From positions 1 through 41,228 of the forward strand of contig VBNP01000025.1 of the NCBI GenBank assembly GCA_005877965.1: a DNA stretch of 41,228 nucleotides. Direction: 5' to 3'. The notes beneath the pieces are model-generated. The model did not search any database. It was not told where the DNA came from and worked only from the letters and a program-made list of their open reading frames with translations. The position numbers and the translations under genes were made by a program. This DNA is from Gammaproteobacteria bacterium (GTDB taxonomy: Bacteria; Pseudomonadota; Gammaproteobacteria; Steroidobacterales; Steroidobacteraceae). Below, in pieces: positions 1 through 9,836 of this stretch. The number at the start of each line of letters is the position of its first letter. Position 1 is the first letter of the stretch.

Positions 1-1
1 C

Positions 2-634
2 GAAGTCTCGATCGGCGACACCATCAAGGTGGGTCGTCGCGGCTCCCTGAGCGGCCGCCTCACCGTCCACGGCGTGCAGGGGCATGTCGCCTACCCGCAG
101 CTCGCCGAGAACCCGGTGCACACGCTGGCGCCGGCACTGGCGGAGCTCACCGGTCGCGGGTGGGACCAGGGGACCGAGCACTTCCAGCCGACCACCTTCC
201 AGGTCTCCAACCTCAATGCGGGTACCGGTGCCCCGAACGTCATTCCAGGCGAGCTCAAGGCGCGCTTCAACCTGCGCTACTCGCCGGTGCAGACACTGGA
301 GCAGCTCAAGACGACAGTGGAAGAGATCCTGCGCCGCCACCGCGTGCGCTACACGCTGGAGTGGTACGTGTCGGGGGAGCCGTTCTACACCGCGCCCGGC
401 CTGCTGTGCGCGGCGGTGGGGGATGCGGTGGCGCAGGTGACCGGCGCGCGCCCGAAGCTATCCACCGGCGGAGGCACGTCCGACGGACGTTTCATCGCAC
501 CGCTCGGAGCGGAAGTGGTCGAGCTCGGCGTGGTGAACGCCTCTATCCACAAGGTCAACGAGTGCGTGCGGCTCGCGGACATCGACGCCCTGCATCGCAT
601 GTACGTCAACCTGCTGCGCCGGCTCCTCGCCTGA
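2..634 (+). CDS. dapE: succinyl-diaminopimelate desuccinylase, C-terminal part (5' end lies outside the window)
   Basis: The frame is open from the window edge (EVSIGDTIKVGRRGSLSGRLTVHGVQGHVAYPQLAENP...). It has the typical M20/DapE motifs and the C-terminal TSDGRF...GVVNASIHKVNE. The stop is at 632-634. Confidence 0.9.
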   Translation, partial: EVSIGDTIKVGRRGSLSGRLTVHGVQGHVAYPQLAENPVHTLAPALAELTGRGWDQGTEHFQPTTFQVSNLNAGTGAPNVIPGELKARFNLRYSPVQTLEQLKTTVEEILRRHRVRYTLEWYVSGEPFYTAPGLLCAAVGDAVAQVTGARPKLSTGGGTSDGRFIAPLGAEVVELGVVNASIHKVNECVRLADIDALHRMYVNLLRRLLA

Positions 635-1109
635 GATTCGCCGTCACGCCCAAGCCGCCAAGAACCAGCGCCCAGATCAGCACCCACGCCGGCATGGCGA
701 GGCCGAGGAATCGCCAGTTGACCTCGCCGCACTCCCCGCTCCCGGTGAGCACCTTGCGGATCACCTGCCACAGCGGCGTGAACTTCAAGAGCACCGCGAG
801 CGGGGCGCCACAGGACGGCAGGGAGCCGGGCGGCAGGCTCTGCACATACACGTGCCGGGCGGCCACCGCGAGCGTGGCCAGCGCGGCCGCTGCGATCAGC
901 AGCGCATAGCCGAAGGCGCCGCGGCCGCGCGGGTTGTGAAGCGCCGCCGCGAGAAACACCACTCCCAGCAGCGCCATGCCGATGCGCTGGAAGATACACA
1001 GCGGGCAGGGATCCAGGCCCAGGTGGAACTGGCTGTACAGGGCGTACGCGAGCAGCCCCGCGCACACGGCAAAGCCTGCGAAATTGACCAGACGGCGATG
1101 GGCTCGCAC
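606..1109 (-). CDS. dsbB: disulfide bond formation protein B
   Basis: The 167-aa product has four hydrophobic segments. A CPLC motif sits in the first periplasmic loop (LDPCPLCIFQR) and a second Cys pair later (SLPSCGAP...GECGEV). Its 3' end overlaps the dapE 3' end convergently. Confidence 0.85.
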   Translation of the reverse strand: MRAHRRLVNFAGFAVCAGLLAYALYSQFHLGLDPCPLCIFQRIGMALLGVVFLAAALHNPRGRGAFGYALLIAAAALATLAVAARHVYVQSLPPGSLPSCGAPLAVLLKFTPLWQVIRKVLTGSGECGEVNWRFLGLAMPAWVLIWALVLGGLGVTANLRRGAGAAG

Positions 1110-1129
1110 GCGCTTGGCTGGCGCGGCCC

Positions 1130-1879
1130 TTAGTCGGACGGCGCCGCGGCCGCACCGGCGGCGCGGCCCTCGCGCAGCTCGCGCTCGACGTCATCAAGAG
1201 AGGTGTGGCGGATGTCCTTGCCGTGCACCATGTAGATGACGTACTCGCTGATGTTCTTGGCGTGATCCCCGATGCGCTCGAGCGCACGCACCACCCACAT
1301 GACATCCAGGGCACGGCGGATGGTGCGCGGATCCTCCATCATGAAGGTGATGCTCTGGCGCTGGATCGCCTCGTATTCCTCATCCACCAGGCGGTCCTGG
1401 CGCGCCACGCGCAGCGCCGAGTCGACGTCCATGCGCGCGAACGCATCGAGCGCGTCGTGCACCATCTCCGAGACCACCCGCCCGAGATGCTTGATCTCGC
1501 GGTACTTGTCGGCCGGGCGCTCCATGGTCGCAAGCCGCGAGGCGATGTAGCCGATCTTCTCGCCCTCATCGCCGATGCGCTCCAGATCGGTGATGGTCTT
1601 GATGATCGCCACGATCACGCGCAGATCCCCGGCGGCCGGGGCGCGCGTCGCGAGGATGCGGCTGCATTCCTCGTCGATGGCCACCTCCATGTTGTTCACC
1701 AAGGTGTCATCGAGCGCCACCGCCTCCCCGAGCGTGCTGTCGCCCTCCACCAGCGCGGTGATGGCCTTGTGCAGCTGCTGCTCGACGAAGCCGCCCATGC
1801 CGAGCACCTTGCTGCGCACGCGCTCGAGGTCTTCGTTGAAGCGACGCGAGATGTGGTGACTGAGGTCGGCGGTTTCCAT
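1130..1879 (-). CDS. phoU: phosphate signalling complex protein PhoU
   Basis: The 249-aa product carries a duplicated PhoU repeat with the conserved DLERIGD / ALERIGDHAKNI motifs. Confidence 0.9.
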   Translation of the reverse strand: METADLSHHISRRFNEDLERVRSKVLGMGGFVEQQLHKAITALVEGDSTLGEAVALDDTLVNNMEVAIDEECSRILATRAPAAGDLRVIVAIIKTITDLERIGDEGEKIGYIASRLATMERPADKYREIKHLGRVVSEMVHDALDAFARMDVDSALRVARQDRLVDEEYEAIQRQSITFMMEDPRTIRRALDVMWVVRALERIGDHAKNISEYVIYMVHGKDIRHTSLDDVERELREGRAAGAAAAPSD

Positions 1880-2057
1880 CAGTTGGCGTCTCCGGCTTCG
1901 CTCGTCTGCCGGCGCGCGGCGATACGGGCGATAATAACGGAACTGCGGCTGACAGCCAGCGTGGCACGCAAACCTCCCCAGGGTCGTCCGGCAGCGTGTC
2001 GGTCCTGTGACGGCTCGGCTAAGAGTTTCTTACGAATTAGGCAGTTGCGCAGAGAAT

Positions 2058-3383
2058 CTAAGCCGTTGCGCTGGTCAGGGGCTGGAGCTGCGCCTTGATG
2101 CGCTCGGGCGGGAAATGGCAGGTGAAGGTGCTGCCGCCTCCGAGCGTGCTCCGCACTTCGAGCGTCGCACCGTGGCGCTGCAGCACGTGTTTCACGATCG
2201 CCAGCCCCAGGCCCGAGCCGCCGGTGGCGCGCGAGCGCCCGGCGTCGACGCGATAGAAGCGCTCCGTGAGACGCGGAATGTGCTCGGGCGGAATGCCCAT
2301 GCCGGTATCGCTCACCGCGAAATGACCGCCGTCCTCATCGACCCACCAGCGCATCTCGAGCGAGCCTTCGGCCGGGGTGAACTTGGCGGCATTGTCGACC
2401 AGGTTGGAGAACGCCGAGTGGATCTCCGGCTCGTCGCCGATGAGCCGGGCGTCGGAGTCGACGCGCACCCGCACGTCGCGCGGGTGTACCGGCCGCGCCA
2501 GGGTGTCCTTGCGCAGCAGCGCGAGCAGCGCCACGACGTCGATCGGCTCACCGCCGACGATCTCGCCGGTCTCCTCGAGCCGCGACAGCTCGAGCAGATC
2601 GCGGATGATGGCGGTCATGCGCTCCGCCTGGCGGCGCATCTCGGCGAGCGGTGCGTGCAGATCCGGATCGAGCGCCGGATCCTGGCCGAGAGTCTCCAGG
2701 TAGCCTGAGATCACGGTGAGGGGGGAGCGCAGCTCGTGCGAGGCGTTCGCCACGAAATCTCGCCGCACCGCCTCGAGACGCATCTGGCGCGACACGTCGC
2801 TCACCAGCAGCAGCAGCTGCCCGTCCCCATACGGGGCGACCTGCAGCGACAGGTAACAGTCCTCCCCGGTCATCGGGCGGATGATCACCGGGTTGCTGAA
2901 GTCCTGTCGCGCCAGGTAGCGCACGAACTCCGGCTCGCGCAGCAGGTTCTCGATGCGCATGCCGAGGTCGGCCGTGCGGCGCAGACTCAGCAGCCGCGCC
3001 GCCATGCGGTTGAACCACACGATCTCGCGCTGCGCGTTGAGGATGACCACGCCGTTTGGCAGCGCCGCGGTGGAGCGCTGCAACTGGCGCATGAGCTGCA
3101 CGAAACGCTGCTTGTGGAAACGCTTGCGACGGTGCAGGCGCACGATCTGGGCGATGATCTCGCCCCACACCCCGCCGATGTCGGGCGGATCAGCGTAGCT
3201 GCGGTGGCGCAGCCACCATTCGAGGCGAGCGAGGTTCGCGAGCACCCAGGCGAGATGCAGCGCGAGTGCGGCGGCGAGCCCGCCGAAAGGGTTGCCGAAC
3301 AGCCAGCCGGCGCCGAATCCGGTCACGGCGGTGCCGAGCAACCGAACGGCCGCGAACCCCCATGCCTGTGTCGCCGGTTGCAT
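2058..3383 (-). CDS. phoR: phosphate regulon sensor histidine kinase PhoR
   Basis: It has an N-terminal membrane segment, a PAS-like region, an H-box (FVANASHELRSPLT) and ATPase N/G boxes (NLVDNAAKF, DTGMGI, GGSGLGLAIVKH). I start it at the ATG at 3383 (MQPATQAWGF...) because the longer track ORF would overlap phoB. Confidence 0.9.
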   Translation of the reverse strand: MQPATQAWGFAAVRLLGTAVTGFGAGWLFGNPFGGLAAALALHLAWVLANLARLEWWLRHRSYADPPDIGGVWGEIIAQIVRLHRRKRFHKQRFVQLMRQLQRSTAALPNGVVILNAQREIVWFNRMAARLLSLRRTADLGMRIENLLREPEFVRYLARQDFSNPVIIRPMTGEDCYLSLQVAPYGDGQLLLLVSDVSRQMRLEAVRRDFVANASHELRSPLTVISGYLETLGQDPALDPDLHAPLAEMRRQAERMTAIIRDLLELSRLEETGEIVGGEPIDVVALLALLRKDTLARPVHPRDVRVRVDSDARLIGDEPEIHSAFSNLVDNAAKFTPAEGSLEMRWWVDEDGGHFAVSDTGMGIPPEHIPRLTERFYRVDAGRSRATGGSGLGLAIVKHVLQRHGATLEVRSTLGGGSTFTCHFPPERIKAQLQPLTSATA

Positions 3384-3429
3384 CTGTGACACGCGCCTTA
3401 TGTAGACCGTGCGCCCTGGGATGGTGCGC

Positions 3430-4125
3430 CTAGATGGTACGCGCCGAGAAGCGATAACCCGAGCCGCGGACCGTCTGTACGAAGCGATCGTACCCGAAAT
3501 CCTCGAGCGCCTTGCGCAGGCGGCGGATGTGCACGTCGATGGTGCGTTCCTCCACGTACACGTTGCCGCCCCAGATGCGATCAAGCAGCTGATCGCGCGT
3601 GTACACGCGCTCCGGGTGCGTCATGAAGAACTCGAGCATGCGGTATTCGGTGGGCCCGAGCGCCACCGTACGCTCGCCGACCGTCACCCGGTGGCTTCCC
3701 TGATCGAGGACCAGGCCGTCGAATTCGATGAGCTCCTCGACGCCAGTGGGACCGCTCCGGCGCAGCACGGCGTTGATGCGCGCCAGCAGTTCCCGCGGCG
3801 AGAAGGGCTTGGTGACGTAATCATCCGCTCCGCCCTCGAGGCCGGCGACCTTGTCGCCCTCCTCGGCGCGCGCGGTGAGCATGATGACCGGCAGCTCGCG
3901 CGTTTCGCGGTCGCGCTTCAGCGAGCGCGTCAGCTCCAGCCCGCTCATGTCCGGCAGCATCCAGTCCACCAGCACCAGGTCGGGGCGCGCATCCGCCAGG
4001 GCGGCGCGTGCGGCGCGGCAATCCTCCGCTTCCCGGACCTCGAAACCGGCGCGTTTCAGGCCGAAAGCGATCATTTCGCGGATCGGACGCTCGTCCTCGA
4101 CGATCAGTACCTGTTTGGCGGGCAT
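3430..4125 (-). CDS. phoB: phosphate regulon response regulator PhoB (OmpR family)
   Basis: The 231-aa product has a receiver domain (LIVEDE...[14 protein letters not shown]...TARAEE) and a winged-helix output domain ([14 protein letters not shown]). It lies immediately upstream of phoR. Confidence 0.95.
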   Translation of the reverse strand: MPAKQVLIVEDERPIREMIAFGLKRAGFEVREAEDCRAARAALADARPDLVLVDWMLPDMSGLELTRSLKRDRETRELPVIMLTARAEEGDKVAGLEGGADDYVTKPFSPRELLARINAVLRRSGPTGVEELIEFDGLVLDQGSHRVTVGERTVALGPTEYRMLEFFMTHPERVYTRDQLLDRIWGGNVYVEERTIDVHIRRLRKALEDFGYDRFVQTVRGSGYRFSARTI

Positions 4126-4165
4126 GGTGTTGATTCCGCAGCAGCGCGGCTATTACAGAGGCTCC

Positions 4166-4186
4166 GTGTTGCAGATTCATGACACC
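4166..4186 (-). promoter_or_regulatory. possible Pho box upstream of phoB
   Basis: The minus strand reads GTGTCATGAATCTGCAACAC, 42-60 nt upstream of the phoB ATG. It resembles the two 7-bp half-sites separated by 4 nt of the CTGTCAT-N4-CTGTCAT consensus. The second half-site is degenerate. Confidence 0.3.
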
Positions 4187-4204
4187 GCCGCGGCAGGTGT
4201 CAGT

Positions 4205-4912
4205 TTAATGGCCGTCCCCCGTGGCGTGGGCTACATCGTCGCGCAGATACACCGGTAGGGCCTGCTCGGCGGGCAAAACGCGCCCGCACGCCACTTCCGG
4301 GAGCGCCAGTCGCGCAATCTCGGCCGCGCGCGGCAGCAGCCCGTCATGGACGCGCTCCAGATGTCCGGCCAGGGCCGAACGCAGCTCCGGGTAGGCGGCA
4401 AACCCGGATCCGGCCGCATGCACGGCGCCAGGCGCTTTCGACCAGCTCGCCGGCAGGGTCACCGCGGCCGGTCTGCCGACCTGCTCTTCCTGCGCCGCGG
4501 CCGCGACCGCCCCCGCTGCCGCACGCTCGAAGCAGCCCCAATACACCTCGTGCATGCGCGCATCGTTGCACACCAGTACGCGCGTCACCGCCGCGTCCAG
4601 TTCCATCACCCGTTGCGCGAGCGCGCGCAGATCGGAGATCGGCACCACCGGCAGGCCCGCGCCGAACGCCAGCCCCTGCGCCACGCTCGCCGCCAGCCGC
4701 ACGCCGGTGAAGGAGCCCGGGCCGCGACCGAAGGCAATCGCACTCAGTGCGCCGAGGGACATGTCGGCCTCCTTCAGCAGCGCATCGGCCATCGGCAGGA
4801 TGTGCTCGGCGTGGCCGCGCTCGAGGAGCTGCTCGCGCGCGATCAGCCGCCGGCCGATCAGGAGCGCGACCGAGCAGTTCTCGGTGGCGCTGTCGAGCGC
4901 GAGAATTCTCAC
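4205..4912 (-). CDS. tsaB: tRNA threonylcarbamoyladenosine (t6A) biosynthesis protein TsaB
   Basis: The 235-aa product begins MRILALDSATENCSVAL and contains GRGPGSFTGVRLAASVAQGLAF, both typical of YeaZ/TsaB. Its start overlaps the helicase stop by 4 nt. Confidence 0.9.
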   Translation of the reverse strand: MRILALDSATENCSVALLIGRRLIAREQLLERGHAEHILPMADALLKEADMSLGALSAIAFGRGPGSFTGVRLAASVAQGLAFGAGLPVVPISDLRALAQRVMELDAAVTRVLVCNDARMHEVYWGCFERAAAGAVAAAAQEEQVGRPAAVTLPASWSKAPGAVHAAGSGFAAYPELRSALAGHLERVHDGLLPRAAEIARLALPEVACGRVLPAEQALPVYLRDDVAHATGDGH

Positions 4913-6945
4913 GGCGCGCTCGCCGCCCGCGCCGGCGGCGCCGCGCGCGGCGCATGCCGGCGCAGGAAACGCCGTGCCTCCGCGGCATCCTGCGTCACGG
5001 TCATCGCCGGCAGGGCGGCGAGAAACACCCGGCCGTAGCCGCGGCCGAGCATGCGCGGATCGCAGATGACCACCACGCCGTAGTCGTCCTCGCTGCGGAT
5101 CAGGCGCCCCGCCCCCTGCTTGAGCGCCAGTGCCGCTTCCGGAAGCTGGTAGTCACGAAAGGCGTTGCCGCCGCTCGCCGTGAGGTGCTCGATACGCGCG
5201 CGCACCAGCGGATCGTCCGGCGAGGCGAACGGCAGCTTCTCGATCACCACCAGGCGCAGTGCCTCGCCCTTCACGTCCACGCCCTCCCAGAAGCTCGCCG
5301 TGCCGAGCAGCACGCCGTTGCCGTCGGCGCGGAATTCCTGCAGCAACCGCTCCCGCGGCGCCTCCCCCTGGACGAACAGCCGGTAGGGTGCGCCATCCGC
5401 CCAGCGCGCGCGCAGCAGCGCTGCGCCCTGCGAGAGGGCGCGGTGACTGGTGAACAGCACGAATGCGCCACCGCCTGAGGCCTCGATGAGCGGTACGGCG
5501 GTGTCGATTACCGCCGGCACGTAGCTCGCTGCGGCCGGCTCCGGCAATCCCACGGGCAGGTACAGCAGGCTCTGCCGCTCGTGATCAAAGGGACTGTCGA
5601 TCCGCAGCGTCGCGGCTTCGGTGAGCCCGAGTCTGCCGGTGAAGTGTCCGAACTCCTCGCCGAGGGAAAGCGTGGCGGAAGTGAAGATCCAGGCGCCGCG
5701 GCGCCCCTGCACCAGCCCCCGGAAGCGCTCCGAGATGTCGAACGGCATGAGGCTGAGGGTAAAGCCGCGCGCCGTGACCTCGAGCGTGCGCGCGCCCTCG
5801 AGCTCATCGACCGCGGCAATCCGCGCCAGGCTCGCCGCGAGCTCCGCGGTACGTGCGGCCAGTTGTGCAAGCGCGCTCTGTATGTCGGCGCCGGCCAGGG
5901 CTGCTGCCAGATCTTCCAATGACTGCATGAGCCCCCGCACCGCCGCGCTCACTGCGAAGTCGCCCGGGTTCCACGCGAACCGCCCGGAGGCGCGCGCGCT
6001 TGCGGCACGCACCTGGCCCAGAGCATCTTCCGCGGCGCGCACCGCCGCGGGCGCCTGCCGCGCCTCCTGGCCCCTCGAGCCAGCCGCGGCACGCGCGCTC
6101 AGCTCGAGCCGCACATCCTTCAGGAGCAACTCCACCTGGCGGCTGCTCACGTGGGCGCCGAAGAACTGCGTGGCGAGATCCGGGATCTGATGAGCCTCGT
6201 CGAGAATGACCGCGTCGGCGGATCCGAGCAGGTCCCCGAACCCGTCCTCCTTGAGCGCAAGATCCGCCAGCAGCAGGTGGTGGTTTACGATGACGATGTC
6301 CGCCTCCAGCGCCTCGCGTCGCGCCAGCACCACGTGACAGCGGGAGATTTCCGGACACCGCACCCCCAGGCAGCTCTCGCGGGTGGCGGTGATCTGCGGC
6401 CACACCGGGTGGGAGTCCGACAGGCCACGCACTTCCGCCAGGTCCCCGCGCCGCGTGGTGCGCGCCCAGCGCCGGATGCGTGCCAGCATGGCATGCGAGG
6501 CGCGCGGCCGGGCGGCAGCCGATTGCTCCAGCGTCAGTTGCTCGCCGCCCTCGTCTGCGCGCGCCAGGCGGTAGCGGCACAGATAATTCGCGCGACCCTT
6601 GAGCAGGGCGACACGCGCCGGGCGCCCGAGCGCCGCGGCTACCAGCGGCAGGTCCTTGGAGAACAGCTGGTCCTGCAGCGTGCGCGTGCCGGTCGAGATC
6701 AGCACGCGCGCGCCACACAGCAGCGCCGGCACCAGGTAAGCGAAGGTTTTGCCGGTGCCGGTGCCCGCCTCCACCACCAGTGACTCGCGTGCGGCGAGCG
6801 CTCCGGCCACGCGCTCCGCCATCAGCAGTTGTTCGCGCCGCACCTTGAAACCGGTGAGCGCCCGCTCGAGCGGTCCGCCGTGACCGAAAATGTCCTCGAG
6901 ATCCAACATGTCGGGGAGCGCCTGCGCTAAGCCTGGGGTGACCAT
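4909..6945 (-). CDS. ATP-dependent DNA helicase, DinG/YoaA (XPD-like, Fe-S) family
   Basis: It has Walker A (EAGTGTGKTFAYLVP), a DEAH box (VILDEAHQIPD) and a Cys cluster between them (YLCRY...SCLGVRCPEISRCH). The C-terminal helicase motifs are FTSATL and GAGRLIR. Confidence 0.85.
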   Translation of the reverse strand: MVTPGLAQALPDMLDLEDIFGHGGPLERALTGFKVRREQLLMAERVAGALAARESLVVEAGTGTGKTFAYLVPALLCGARVLISTGTRTLQDQLFSKDLPLVAAALGRPARVALLKGRANYLCRYRLARADEGGEQLTLEQSAAARPRASHAMLARIRRWARTTRRGDLAEVRGLSDSHPVWPQITATRESCLGVRCPEISRCHVVLARREALEADIVIVNHHLLLADLALKEDGFGDLLGSADAVILDEAHQIPDLATQFFGAHVSSRQVELLLKDVRLELSARAAAGSRGQEARQAPAAVRAAEDALGQVRAASARASGRFAWNPGDFAVSAAVRGLMQSLEDLAAALAGADIQSALAQLAARTAELAASLARIAAVDELEGARTLEVTARGFTLSLMPFDISERFRGLVQGRRGAWIFTSATLSLGEEFGHFTGRLGLTEAATLRIDSPFDHERQSLLYLPVGLPEPAAASYVPAVIDTAVPLIEASGGGAFVLFTSHRALSQGAALLRARWADGAPYRLFVQGEAPRERLLQEFRADGNGVLLGTASFWEGVDVKGEALRLVVIEKLPFASPDDPLVRARIEHLTASGGNAFRDYQLPEAALALKQGAGRLIRSEDDYGVVVICDPRMLGRGYGRVFLAALPAMTVTQDAAEARRFLRRHAPRAAPPARAASAP

Positions 6946-7094
6946 CCTGGCGCGCGTTCGAGGGGCGTGTCGAGACGCATATCTTACTGAATTTCCTGCA
7001 AACTGGTACGCGGCGCGCCGATGGACGAAAATGGGGTCCGCATCGGTACTGTATCAGGGCCAGGGACCGGCCCGGGATATACTTGGAGCTACGG

Positions 7095-8867
7095 ATGGCT
7101 ACGGCCGCACATGCACTGACCCCGCTTGCGCAGCTGAGCCGCGCGGTGGCCGACTGGGTGAACTCGGTGCGCGAGCTGACGCAGCCGCGCGCGGTTCACT
7201 GGTGCGAGAGCACCGAGGCGGAAGCCCGGGAGCTGACGGCGCAGCTGCTGCGCGGCGCAGAGCTCACGGCGCTCAACCCCGAATACTTTCCCGGCTGTCA
7301 CCTGTATCGCTCGGCCCCGGGCGACGTGGCGCGCGTGGAGCATCTCACTTACATCTGCACGCGCTCGCAGGAAGATGCCGGTCCGAACAACCACTGGATG
7401 GACCCGCAGCAGGCGCACGCGAAGATGCGCGAGCTGTTTCGGGGCTGCATGCGCGGGCGCACTCTGTATGTGATCCCGTACTGCATGGGGCCGATCGACT
7501 CGCCACTGGCGCGCTGCGGCGTGGAGATCACCGACAGCGCTTACGTCGTGCTCAACATGCTGATCATGACGCGCGCCGGCCGCGCCGCGCTCGAGCGCAT
7601 CGCGCATGAGGGCGGTTTCGTGCGCGGGCTGCACTCCGTCGGCGAGCTCGATCCCGAGCGCCGTTTCATCATGCACTTTCCCGACGAACTGGCGATCGAG
7701 AGCTTCGGCTCCGGTTACGGCGGCAACGCGCTGCTCGGCAAGAAGTGCCACGCGCTGCGCATCGCCAGCTGGCAGGCGCGCGGCGAGGGCTGGCTCGCCG
7801 AGCACATGCTGATCGTGGGCCTGCAGAACCCGCGCGGCGAGACGCACTATCTCGCCTGCGCCTTTCCATCGGCCTGCGGCAAGACCAATCTCGCCATGCT
7901 GATTCCACCGGCCTCGCTCCCGGGCTGGCGCGCGTTCACGGTCGGTGATGACATCGCGTGGCTGCATCCGGGCGAGGACGGACGGCTGTGGGCCATCAAC
8001 CCGGAAGCGGGCTACTTCGGCGTGGTTCCGGGGACCAACCCCGAGACCAACCGCAACGCCTACGAGATGATCCGCCGCGACACCTTGTTCACGAATGTCG
8101 CACTCACCGCCGACAACCAGCCCTGGTGGGAGGGCCTGACGAGCGGCAAACCGGTGCTCGACTGGCAGGGTCGGCCGTACGATCCGGCGCGCGGCCCGGC
8201 GGCGCATCCGAATTCGCGTTTCACCGTGTCCGCGCGGCGCAACCCGGGTTACTCGCCCCACGCCGAAGACGCCCGCGGCGTGCCGATCAGCGCGCTCGTG
8301 TTCGGCGGCCGGCGGCGCGAGCTCGCGCCGCTGGTGTACGAGGCGCGCGACTGGAAGCACGGGGTGCTGGTCGGGGCATCGCTCGCCTCGGAAACCACCG
8401 CCGCGGCCGTCGGTCAGGTGGGTGTCACGAGGCGCGATCCGATGGCCATGCAACCGTTCTGCGGATACAACTTCGGCGACTACTGGCAGCACTGGCTCAA
8501 CATCGGCGCGAAACTCGCCCGCCCGCCGCGCGTCTACCACGTCAACTGGTTCCGGCGCGACGCGCACGGCAAATTCCTGTGGCCGGGCTACGGCGAGAAC
8601 CTGCGGGTGCTCGCCTGGATGCTGGATCGCTGCGCCGGCAGGGCGGGCGCGAGCGAATCGGCGATCGGGTGGCTGCCGCGGCCCGCGGACCTGGACACCC
8701 GCGGACTCAACGTGGGCGCCGATGCGCTCGCCGCCCTGCTCACGGTCGATCCGGCGCTGTGGCGCAAGGAGCTCGCCGAGCTGCGCGAGTATCTGGGCAG
8801 GTACGGCAGCCGCCTGCCGGCGGCGCTGCTCGCGGAGCTCGAAGCGACCGAGGAGCGGTTGGCCTGA
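7095..8867 (+). CDS. pckG: phosphoenolpyruvate carboxykinase (GTP)
   Basis: It carries the GTP-PEPCK kinase-1a motif FPSACGKTNLAML, plus GDDIAWL and NSRFT motifs. I prefer the ATG at 7095, which is preceded by GGAG with a 6-nt spacer, over the TTG at 7083. Confidence 0.95.
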   Translation: MATAAHALTPLAQLSRAVADWVNSVRELTQPRAVHWCESTEAEARELTAQLLRGAELTALNPEYFPGCHLYRSAPGDVARVEHLTYICTRSQEDAGPNNHWMDPQQAHAKMRELFRGCMRGRTLYVIPYCMGPIDSPLARCGVEITDSAYVVLNMLIMTRAGRAALERIAHEGGFVRGLHSVGELDPERRFIMHFPDELAIESFGSGYGGNALLGKKCHALRIASWQARGEGWLAEHMLIVGLQNPRGETHYLACAFPSACGKTNLAMLIPPASLPGWRAFTVGDDIAWLHPGEDGRLWAINPEAGYFGVVPGTNPETNRNAYEMIRRDTLFTNVALTADNQPWWEGLTSGKPVLDWQGRPYDPARGPAAHPNSRFTVSARRNPGYSPHAEDARGVPISALVFGGRRRELAPLVYEARDWKHGVLVGASLASETTAAAVGQVGVTRRDPMAMQPFCGYNFGDYWQHWLNIGAKLARPPRVYHVNWFRRDAHGKFLWPGYGENLRVLAWMLDRCAGRAGASESAIGWLPRPADLDTRGLNVGADALAALLTVDPALWRKELAELREYLGRYGSRLPAALLAELEATEERLA

Positions 8868-8893
8868 GGTCGGTAGGTAGCGCCCGCGCCCCG

Positions 8894-9799
8894 TCAGTCT
8901 TCCTCGCAGGTGAAGTCGATGGTCGTCGCCGCGCCCTGCTCGGGCAGGCGCCCGAGCCCGATCATGCCCTGGCCCTTGATCTGCAGGCTGTCGCGACGCA
9001 CGAATGACTCCTCGCCGTCGGCGCTCTGCACGAACGTGCCGTTGGTGCTCTGATCGATCAATACGAACTTCTTGCGGCTGATCTCGATGCGCGCGTGCAG
9101 GCGCGAGATCAGGTTGCCCTTCACCACCACGTCGTTGTCCTCGGCCCGGCCGATGGTGATGCTCGCATGCCGCTCATCGACCAGCAGTTCGCGATCCTGA
9201 CACCGCAACCGCAGTCGCATGTGGTGCGCCGACCGCCGCTGATCGCTCGCAATCCCCGGCACCATGCTGGTCACGTCCTCGGTCTGCCAGAGCACCTCGT
9301 AGAGAGTGACTTCACTGCCCTGACCCTTGAGCGTCGCGACGTCGATCTGGCGGCAGGAGGCGCGCCACTCCGGTGACAGCTGGTCCACCGTCGCCGCGGT
9401 GGTCATGATCTGTCCGGCCTTGGCCTGACTGGTCATGCGGTTGGCGGTGTGCACGGCGGCGCCGAACACGTCTCGATTCTCGAGCATCACCGGACCGTAG
9501 TGGCAGCCGATGCGGATGGCGACCGGCTGTCCGTCGACCTTCAGTTGCGCGTGCGTGGAGATCTGCTGCTGCATCTGCGCGGCGGCGTTCAACGCGGCGT
9601 CGGCGCTCGGAAAGGTCGCCATGACCTCATCGCCCATGGTCTTGATGACCGTGCCCTGGCGCTGCTCGGTGGCAGTGCGCATCACGTCGATGCAGATCGC
9701 CACCATGTCGCGTGCGCGCAGATCGCCCATGGTGTCGTAGAGCCGGGTCGATCCGACGACGTCGGCAAACAGGATGGCGAGTTCAATATCCTTGCCCAT
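8894..9799 (-). CDS. class III adenylate/guanylate cyclase with C-terminal FHA domain
   Basis: The N-terminal cyclase homology domain reads LAILFADVVGSTRLYD...IKTMGDEVMATF. The C-terminal FHA domain reads ITIGRAEDNDVVV...ISRLHARI...LIDQSTNGTFV. I start it at the ATG at 9799 (MGKDIELAILF). Confidence 0.85.
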   Translation of the reverse strand: MGKDIELAILFADVVGSTRLYDTMGDLRARDMVAICIDVMRTATEQRQGTVIKTMGDEVMATFPSADAALNAAAQMQQQISTHAQLKVDGQPVAIRIGCHYGPVMLENRDVFGAAVHTANRMTSQAKAGQIMTTAATVDQLSPEWRASCRQIDVATLKGQGSEVTLYEVLWQTEDVTSMVPGIASDQRRSAHHMRLRLRCQDRELLVDERHASITIGRAEDNDVVVKGNLISRLHARIEISRKKFVLIDQSTNGTFVQSADGEESFVRRDSLQIKGQGMIGLGRLPEQGAATTIDFTCEED

Positions 9800-9836
9800 G
9801 AGTGCGGCTCGATTATACGCGAGCGCTTTCGCACCG

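Noticed and set aside
1880-2057. Pho-box-like half-sites upstream of phoU (CTGTCAG..., CCGTCAC-agga-CCGACAC on the minus strand).
   Set aside because: Each candidate has only one reasonable half-site. They cannot be told apart from chance in GC-rich DNA.
3384-3584. N-terminal extension of the phoR ORF (the track starts it at 3584).
   Set aside because: It would overlap the phoB 3' end by about 150 nt and adds a non-hydrophobic Arg/Ser-rich leader. The internal ATG at 3383 begins directly at the membrane segment.
7089-8567. 492-aa minus-strand ORF antisense to pckG.
   Set aside because: It is Arg/Ala/Pro-rich with low-complexity composition and no motifs. It lies fully inside a gene with unmistakable PEPCK motifs. 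This is a typical shadow ORF of high-GC DNA.
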